Source of the DNA: Candidatus Saccharimonadota bacterium
GTDB taxonomy: Bacteria; Patescibacteriota; Saccharimonadia; CAILAD01; BJGX01
Direction: 5' to 3'
DNA length: 64,000 bases
Assembly: GCA_014191035.1 (NCBI GenBank)
Contig: BJGX01000001.1
Coordinates: 24,187 to 88,186 of the forward strand
The position numbers were made by a program, and so were the translations under genes. Every line of letters starts with the position of its first letter. Within the stretch, counting starts at the first letter, position 1. The notes beneath the pieces were generated by a model, which worked only from the letters and a program-made list of their open reading frames with translations, searched no databases and was not told the DNA's origin. This document shows, piece by piece, positions 57,674-64,000 of this stretch.

Positions 57674-59209
57674 ATGCCTCATGAAGAAATAGACGCCCGA
57701 AAATATAAAAAAACTAAGATAATCGCGACTATTGGGCCTGCTAGCCAGGAAAAAATAGATTTGCTTTTAAAATCTGGCGTTAACGGTATTAGATTAAACT
57801 TTAGCCACAATACTCATAAGTGGCATTGCGATATAGCAGAAAAAGTCAGAAAAGAAGCCAAAAAGCTAGATCGCTCCGTTGCAATAATACAAGATTTGCC
57901 TGGTCCAAAGATAAGACTTGGCAAACTTCCGACCGGAGGAATTGAAATAAAAGCCGGGCAGACATTAAGGTTTAAGCACGGCGAAAATTTGTCTTCCGAA
58001 ATGCTTCCTATTCAGCACGATTTTTCTAAGCAAGTAAAAAAGGGAGAGCGGCTATTTTTGCGTGATGGTCAAATTCAGACCGAAATTATATCTATCAATA
58101 GTGGGGTTATAAGCTCTAAGGCTTTGAATTCGGGAAAGATTATGAGTGATCACGGTATTAATTTGCCGGACACAATATTCAAAGATGGAGTTTTAAGTGA
58201 AAAGGATAAGAAGGATTTAACAGTAACCAATAAACTGGATGCAGATTATGTGGCCGTGAGTTTTATTAATACTCCTCAGGATATTTATGACGTTCGTAAT
58301 CAACTTTCTAAACACAAAGCAAATGCAAAAATTATCGCCAAAATAGAAACCAAGGCAGCAGTAGAAAATTTAGAAGAAATTATAAAAGCAACCGACGCAG
58401 TGATGATTGCTAGAGGAGACTTGGCAATTGAAGTGGGCCCAGAGCAAGTTCCGATTATTGGGAGAGAAATTATTTTGCTTGGTCGTAAATATCGCAAGCC
58501 AGTAATTATGGCTACGCAAATGATGGAAAGTATGATGACCAGCACAACTCCTAGCAGGGCCGAAGCTAACGACGTTGCAACTGCTGTAAGTTTAGGGGTT
58601 GATAGCTTGATGCTTTCTGGAGAATCGGCAATTGGCCAATTCCCTGTTGAGACTGTGCAGATGATGAAAAAAATTATTTTAAGTGCAGAACAGTACTTTA
58701 TTAATACTTCAGTAGCCGTTCAGCTTACTCAACAGGATGAAGATATAATTTCTGTTAATGAAAATGAGGGACCCGGATTAGTCGATAAGCTTGATCAAAA
58801 AACACGCCTGGTGTTTTCTCGCCAACCAAAATTATCACCTAATATTTCCTCAGAGGCGGCCCAAACAAGTATTAGTTTTGCAGCAATAACTCTTGCAGAC
58901 CAGCTTAAAGCTAAGGTTATATTGGCTGAGACGGCCACCGGCTCTACCGCATTAAGTATTGCAAGCTTAAGGCCTAATTGCCCAATCATTATTGCTAGCC
59001 CTGATCCAAAAGTTTGTAATCAGTGCTCTATAATTTGGGGAGGTAAAACGTTTTTAGTTTCTAAGAGTAAGAACCGAAAAGCTGCAATAATAAATAAGTT
59101 GAAAGATAGAAAAAGTATCTCCGCTGGTGATTGGGTGGTCGAGGCCTATGGCCAAAACCGAGACGTTGCAGGCGGAACAGATACAATAAGATTGATAGAG
59201 GTGGTATGA
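57674..59209 (+). CDS. pyk: Pyruvate kinase
   Basis: TKIIATIGPAS, RLNFSH, GPKIR, AKIE, ARGDL, ATQM, MLSGE. Confidence 0.96.
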   Translation: MPHEEIDARKYKKTKIIATIGPASQEKIDLLLKSGVNGIRLNFSHNTHKWHCDIAEKVRKEAKKLDRSVAIIQDLPGPKIRLGKLPTGGIEIKAGQTLRFKHGENLSSEMLPIQHDFSKQVKKGERLFLRDGQIQTEIISINSGVISSKALNSGKIMSDHGINLPDTIFKDGVLSEKDKKDLTVTNKLDADYVAVSFINTPQDIYDVRNQLSKHKANAKIIAKIETKAAVENLEEIIKATDAVMIARGDLAIEVGPEQVPIIGREIILLGRKYRKPVIMATQMMESMMTSTTPSRAEANDVATAVSLGVDSLMLSGESAIGQFPVETVQMMKKIILSAEQYFINTSVAVQLTQQDEDIISVNENEGPGLVDKLDQKTRLVFSRQPKLSPNISSEAAQTSISFAAITLADQLKAKVILAETATGSTALSIASLRPNCPIIIASPDPKVCNQCSIIWGGKTFLVSKSKNRKAAIINKLKDRKSISAGDWVVEAYGQNRDVAGGTDTIRLIEVV

Positions 59210-59946
59210 AAAATTTAATTGTTGGTAATTGGAAAATGAACTTAACTATAGGGCAATCACTTTTATTGAGCGAGAGGCTAAAAAATAATCTAAAAAACCC
59301 AACCTCTGACATTGTAGTTTGCCCTAATTATGTAAGCCTTGCTGCTGTATCCATAGATCTAAAGGATTCCATAATAAAGGTCGGAGCTCAAAATATTAAT
59401 GCAAACGACGAAAGGGCTTACACTGGCGAGGTAAGTGGCCCGATGCTAAAGGGCATTGCCAAGTATGTTATTGTGGGGCATTCAGAAAGACGAATTCATT
59501 TCGGAGAAACAAACAAGACAGTTGCACTGAAAGTTGCGGCTGCTGTGAGAAATAAGCTCACGCCTATTTTGTGTGTTGGAGAAAATCTGCACCAACGTAA
59601 TGAAGGTCTTGCGGGTAGAACCGTTACTGACCAGCTAGAAGAAAACCTGTCTGAACTTACTCATAAAGAAATTTCTAAAATAGTGATTGCTTATGAGCCA
59701 GTTTGGGCTATAGGTACAGGAGAAAACGCCGAGCCATTTGAGGTTGAAAAAATGATAAAAACAATCAGACGATTTCTAATTAATAAATATAAAGCAAAAA
59801 TAGTAGTAAGCATTAAGCTTCTGTATGGGGGCAGTGTAAATAGTGATAACGCAAATGCATATCTCTCAATCGATAATTGCAACGGGTTATTGGTTGGCGG
59901 AGCTAGCCTAAATTATCGGCAATTTACTAAGATTTGCCAGTTATAA
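59206..59946 (+). CDS. tpiA: Triosephosphate isomerase
   Basis: GNWKMN, GHSERR, AYEPVWAIGTG, YGGSV, LVGGASL; ATGA overlap with the pyk stop. Confidence 0.96.
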   Translation: MKNLIVGNWKMNLTIGQSLLLSERLKNNLKNPTSDIVVCPNYVSLAAVSIDLKDSIIKVGAQNINANDERAYTGEVSGPMLKGIAKYVIVGHSERRIHFGETNKTVALKVAAAVRNKLTPILCVGENLHQRNEGLAGRTVTDQLEENLSELTHKEISKIVIAYEPVWAIGTGENAEPFEVEKMIKTIRRFLINKYKAKIVVSIKLLYGGSVNSDNANAYLSIDNCNGLLVGGASLNYRQFTKICQL

Positions 59947-59987
59947 TCTGTAGGGTTTATAATTAGAGCATTAATTAAGGAGAAATA

Positions 59988-60512
59988 ATGACTGAACTTA
60001 GTTATGGCGAAAAATCGCCAGAAGTTGTGAATTTAGTAATCGAAATTCGTAAAGGCGAAAAGAACAAATACGAATTCGATAAAGAAACGGGTAGATTGTT
60101 TCTGGATCGCGTAAATGGAACTACACTTGGGTACCCTAGTGACTACGGCTACGTTCCAGATACAATGTGCGAGGATGGTGACCCGCTAGACGGCCTATTA
60201 ATAATTGACGAGTCTGTACCGCATGGAACAGTTGTGCCCGCAAGACCAATTGGTGTTTTGTATATGATTGATGATGGCGAAAGGGACGAAAAGCTAATTT
60301 GTGTTCCTGCAGATGATGTGAGCAAAGATCATATTAAAGACCTGAGCGATTTAGGAGAAAACTTTCAAAAAGTAGTGGAACATTTTTATACACACTATAA
60401 AGACTGGAAAAAGAATTGGACTGGAAGCCCAGTAAGCTTTGATGGTTGGGGAGATTCTAAGGCCGCCAAGAAGGTAGTGCTAGATAGTATCGAGCTAGCT
60501 AAGAAAAAATAA
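59988..60512 (+). CDS. ppa: Inorganic pyrophosphatase (family I)
   Basis: KYEFDK, YGYVP, DGDPLD, DEK, HYK. Confidence 0.95.
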   Translation: MTELSYGEKSPEVVNLVIEIRKGEKNKYEFDKETGRLFLDRVNGTTLGYPSDYGYVPDTMCEDGDPLDGLLIIDESVPHGTVVPARPIGVLYMIDDGERDEKLICVPADDVSKDHIKDLSDLGENFQKVVEHFYTHYKDWKKNWTGSPVSFDGWGDSKAAKKVVLDSIELAKKK

Positions 60513-60527
60513 ATTGTTATTAAATGT

Positions 60528-60571
60528 TAAAACCCCGCTAACACTTCACGACGTTGTGAAGTGCGCGGGGC
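60528..60571 (-). terminator. GC-rich terminator of the GC-rich orphan gene
   Basis: CCCCGC..CACTTCAC/GTGAAGTG..GCGGGG stem with TTTT on the minus strand. Confidence 0.7.
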
Positions 60572-60577
60572 TTGATG

Positions 60578-60940
60578 TTAGCCGAGAGCGCCGTCAGGCG
60601 CGGGGCACTTGCCCTCGACTGTGAGCGAGTCCATGAACTCGCTGAGACTCGGCGTCTCGAGCGGGTAGCCGATACGGTCGAGCTCAAGATCAAGTTCGAA
60701 CTTACGAAGCTCAAACTTATTGATGAGGTTGTCACGGCGGGTGCTTGGTCCAGTGTTGCAGACCTTGCGCGCAAGCTTTGCCTGAGCACTGAGTTCCTCA
60801 ACCTGTCGCAGTGCGACAGTTGAGACTCCCGAGTAGCCACCGGCTGAAGCCGAAGAGCCACCCATGACTCCGCCGAAGATCAGCGCCAGGATGGCGCACA
60901 CCATGATGATGGCAGCGGCCATCTTTTGCTTCTTGTTCAA
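60578..60940 (-). CDS. Small GC-rich secreted protein, unknown function
   Basis: TTG start after AGGGG; basic n-region, hydrophobic h-region, ASA cleavage site; two Cys in the mature part. Confidence 0.65.
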   Translation of the reverse strand: MNKKQKMAAAIIMVCAILALIFGGVMGGSSASAGGYSGVSTVALRQVEELSAQAKLARKVCNTGPSTRRDNLINKFELRKFELDLELDRIGYPLETPSLSEFMDSLTVEGKCPAPDGALG

Positions 60941-60987
60941 AGGATTTTCCCCTGTTCCATCCAAGCAGGGTTGCTCAGAAGTCCTAT

Positions 60988-61016
60988 ATACTACCATAAA
61001 AACTATAAAAAGTCAA
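60988..61016 (-). promoter_or_regulatory. Sigma70-type promoter of the GC-rich orphan gene
   Basis: TTGACT-17 bp-TAGTAT on the minus strand. Confidence 0.65.
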
Positions 61017-61062
61017 TATATTTATACTTATAATCACCTTGAATAACGTGTATGATATATAG

Positions 61063-63210
61063 ATGAGTAAATTATTCGAAGGCTTAAACAAAGCCCAGGC
61101 CGAAGCCGTAGAAATGACTGAGGGCCCTATACTGATGCTTGCGGGTGCCGGTAGTGGTAAGACCAAAACACTAACCCACCGCATTGCATATTTGATATCT
61201 GAACGTAAAATACCACCTTCAAATATCTTGGCTGTGACTTTTACAAATAAGGCCGCCGGCGAAATGCGTTCTAGGGTTTCGGGGCTTTTAGGGTTTGATG
61301 AGGCTGGCGCAAACCCAATTCCCTTTCTGGGAACCTTTCATTCTATAGCCAACCGAATACTTAGGCGTGAGGCCGACAGAGTCGGTATGGGTAGTAATTT
61401 TTTAATATATGATTCGGGTGATTCCCAGGCTCTAATTAAAAAAATTCTAAAGTCGATGCATGTTAGCGATAAGGCAATTACACCATCGGGAATTGCATGG
61501 AATATATCTTCAGCCAAGAATGAACTGATTGGGCCAGAGAAATATCGTAGTATGGCGAGCAATCAGATGCAGTTAATGGCCGCTGAAGTTTACCCAATCT
61601 ATCAGCGCGAACTTCGTAAGGCCAAGGCGTTTGATTTCGATGATCTTATAATGGAGCTAGTAAAGCTATTTAAAACCGAAGCAGATATATTAGAAAAATA
61701 TCAGAATCAGTTTCAGTACATATTGGTAGATGAGTATCAGGACACAAATAGGTCTCAATATGAGCTAATAAAGCTATTGGCTCAAAAACATAATAACTTA
61801 TGCGTAGTTGGTGATGACTGGCAAAGTATTTATTCATGGCGAGGAGCAAATTACCAAAATATTTTGAACTTCGAAGAAGATTATCCACAAGCTAAGGTAA
61901 TAAAACTAGAGCAGAATTATAGATCTACGCAGACTATTCTAGACGCCGCACACTCAGTAATAACTAAAAATCTATCACGTAGCAGTAAAAAACTATGGAC
62001 TGATTTGGGGCTAGGCGAGAAGGTCCATGTCGCGTCTGTACAAGACGAAATGGCCGAGGGCAGGACAATAATTCAGACTATAGAACGTTTAAGGGGGATG
62101 AACCCCAAGCTTCGCTTAAGTGACTTTGCTGTTTTGTACAGAACAAATGCCCAGTCTAGAAGCTTGGAAGAAAGTTTTCTTCGCTATAACATCCCCTACC
62201 AAGTGATTGGTGGAACAAGGTTCTATGACAGGCGAGAAGTTAAGGATATTTTGGCTTATATGCGTGTTATTTTTCAGCCCAATGACCTGGTAAGTTTAAC
62301 TAGAATACTAAATGTTCCGACTAGGGGAGTTGGAGCCAAGAGTGTTTCTGCGATAATTGATTATTTAGAAAAGTATGAAGCAGATACTTTAGAAACAATG
62401 GCAAACCCAAGTGTTATTTCGGGGCTAAAAGGCAGGGCACTAAAAGAAATAGAGAAACTTGGAATTATATTAACAGAATTAAAAATGCAAGAAGCATTGA
62501 GCGTTTATGATCTAATGGACACATTAATTAAGAGAATCGATTATCTAAGCTATCTGCAGGATGGAACCATTTCGGCAGAGGATAGAATTGAGAACGTACA
62601 AGAGTTATTGGGCGTAGCAAAAGTTTATAAAGATTTAGACTTAGAGACATTTTTGACCGAGATAGCATTGGTATCTGATTTAGACTCGCATGACGGAATG
62701 AAAGATTCGGTTAGCTTAATGACGCTCCATTCCGCAAAAGGCTTGGAATTTGAAGTTGTCTTTATGGTGGGTATGGAGGAGGGTATATTTCCACATTCCA
62801 GAACATTTTTTGAACCTGATGAATTAGAAGAGGAAAGGCGACTTTGTTATGTAGGTATGACCAGGGCCAAACAGCAACTATATATGCTTCATGCCTCTTC
62901 GAGGATGTTATATGGAAACACTCAACATAATGTACCATCAAGATTCATATCGGATATACCAGAAGAAATGATTGAAGAACCCATTGGATCTAATATTGGA
63001 AGTTTAGCAACAGCTCGAAGGGAAGCATTTGATAGCGATTTTCCAGAAGAAGTAGAAATGGCACAGGTTGAGCCTGGCGATAATGTTGTTCATCCGGCAT
63101 TTGGAAAGGGCAAAGTAGTATCTGTAAGTGGCGCAGAAGTAGAAGTGCGATTCGATTCCGGAACCAAAAAAACACTCAATCTGCAGTACGCCCCATTAAA
63201 GAAGGTTTAA
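61063..63210 (+). CDS. pcrA: ATP-dependent DNA helicase PcrA/UvrD
   Basis: AGAGSGKT, DEYQD, VGDDWQSIY, LEQNYRS, TLHSAKGLEF, EERRLCYV, C-terminal tudor-like HPAFGKG. Confidence 0.96.
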   Translation: MSKLFEGLNKAQAEAVEMTEGPILMLAGAGSGKTKTLTHRIAYLISERKIPPSNILAVTFTNKAAGEMRSRVSGLLGFDEAGANPIPFLGTFHSIANRILRREADRVGMGSNFLIYDSGDSQALIKKILKSMHVSDKAITPSGIAWNISSAKNELIGPEKYRSMASNQMQLMAAEVYPIYQRELRKAKAFDFDDLIMELVKLFKTEADILEKYQNQFQYILVDEYQDTNRSQYELIKLLAQKHNNLCVVGDDWQSIYSWRGANYQNILNFEEDYPQAKVIKLEQNYRSTQTILDAAHSVITKNLSRSSKKLWTDLGLGEKVHVASVQDEMAEGRTIIQTIERLRGMNPKLRLSDFAVLYRTNAQSRSLEESFLRYNIPYQVIGGTRFYDRREVKDILAYMRVIFQPNDLVSLTRILNVPTRGVGAKSVSAIIDYLEKYEADTLETMANPSVISGLKGRALKEIEKLGIILTELKMQEALSVYDLMDTLIKRIDYLSYLQDGTISAEDRIENVQELLGVAKVYKDLDLETFLTEIALVSDLDSHDGMKDSVSLMTLHSAKGLEFEVVFMVGMEEGIFPHSRTFFEPDELEEERRLCYVGMTRAKQQLYMLHASSRMLYGNTQHNVPSRFISDIPEEMIEEPIGSNIGSLATARREAFDSDFPEEVEMAQVEPGDNVVHPAFGKGKVVSVSGAEVEVRFDSGTKKTLNLQYAPLKKV

Positions 63211-63405
63211 TCTGGATATTTGCTAAAAAAGATCAAATGTATTACTCAATATTAAATTGACAAGCACTTATGCTTAAAGCTAAAATTAACTACGTAAATA
63301 TAAACAAAAACAAAAGCCTTTTATTATCATTAACCAAAGAGGCTTATTATTTTACCTAAGTTTAGTAGAACTTCCGAATATCGTAGAAAAAAACTAAACC
63401 TAACA

Positions 63406-64000
63406 ATGGAGGGAAAGAAACATCGCCCAGTTATGAGCGTTGTAGCTGTTGTCGCCTTGTTTGTCTTTGTTGTATTTTCGGTTGTATTTGGACAATCCCA
63501 AGTATCACTAACAAATACTGCAAAAGCAGAAAATAAAAAATTAGTAACCATTTTTTCAGATGGTAACAAAAAGACTGTTCCCACCGATGCTAAAACTATC
63601 GGAGAGGCCCTTAAATTAAATGGAATTAAGCTTGAGAAAGGGGATGTAGTTGAACCAGTCGCCGAAACTCTACTTGATCAGCCATTTTATAATATAAACG
63701 TTTATAGAGCCTTCCCATCACTCGTTGTGGATGGTGATAAAAAAACAACTGTGTTAAGCGGGTATAGAAGCCCAAGGCAAGTAGTAGCCGCTGCAGGCTT
63801 GAAAGTTTACGACGAAGACAAGGTTAGCCTAGATAGGAGCGATAACTTTGTTTTTGATGGAGTCGTTGGTCAACGAATCAAAATCGACAGAGCTACACCC
63901 GTAGATATACAAATTGGTACAAGAATTTTTGAATTTAGAACATGGAAGAAGACAGTTGGAGAAGTATTACAAGAAAAAGGCTTTAGCGTTAATGAGTCGG
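63406..64000 (+). CDS. DUF348 ubiquitin-like repeat protein (RpfB/YabE-like), 3' end outside window
   Basis: Not in the ORF track (no stop); TM then TDAKTIGEAL..GI...GDVVEP, INVYRA, IDRATPV, TVGEVL repeats; start could be upstream (frame open from 63334). Confidence 0.8.
   Translation, partial: MEGKKHRPVMSVVAVVALFVFVVFSVVFGQSQVSLTNTAKAENKKLVTIFSDGNKKTVPTDAKTIGEALKLNGIKLEKGDVVEPVAETLLDQPFYNINVYRAFPSLVVDGDKKTTVLSGYRSPRQVVAAAGLKVYDEDKVSLDRSDNFVFDGVVGQRIKIDRATPVDIQIGTRIFEFRTWKKTVGEVLQEKGFSVNES

Noticed and set aside
59131-59205. N-terminal extension of TpiA in the ORF track
   Set aside because: Overlaps pyk; the real start is ATG 59206 (ATGA coupling) just before GNWK.
60538-60861. Alternative ORFs 60538-60861 (-) and 60572-60823 (+)
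   Set aside because: By-products of high GC; only 60578-60940 fits the promoter, SD, signal peptide and terminator.

Overview
AT-rich bacterial chromosome segment, standard code 11. Gene content and style point to a Patescibacteria/CPR genome, most like Saccharibacteria (inference from minimal TsaB, short HrcA, GspG-like prepilin, DUF348 Rpf/YabE-like gene, WhiB, many small membrane proteins). The housekeeping backbone is lexA, divIC-tilS-ftsH-murJ-lepA, CIRCE-hrcA-grpE-dnaK-dnaJ, yebC-ruvC-ruvA-ruvB, tsaE-tsaB-rny-ymdB-HU-mgtE, pgk/eno/pyk/tpiA/ppa and pcrA, with 12 tRNA genes. There are decayed integration or duplication scars at tRNA-Asn, tRNA-Lys and tRNA-Glu. Best candidates for novelty: (1) a LuxI/ExoAT-fold acyl synthase + membrane methyltransferase next to a 7TM-GAF histidine kinase and a sortase; (2) orphan transcription units (WhiB, a GC-rich secreted protein, the acyl synthase, an unknown 367-aa protein) sharing a promoter / 5' hairpin / GWAC / SD leader, whereas many core genes look leaderless; (3) a RimK + two GATase + GGCT-like + phosphoesterase cluster; (4) a tRNA-Gly with a compensatory A19:U56 elbow pair; (5) an enolase with a ~158-aa disordered tail near a disordered protein ending in a MinD-like membrane helix. 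All family calls come from motifs read by eye; no database search was run.
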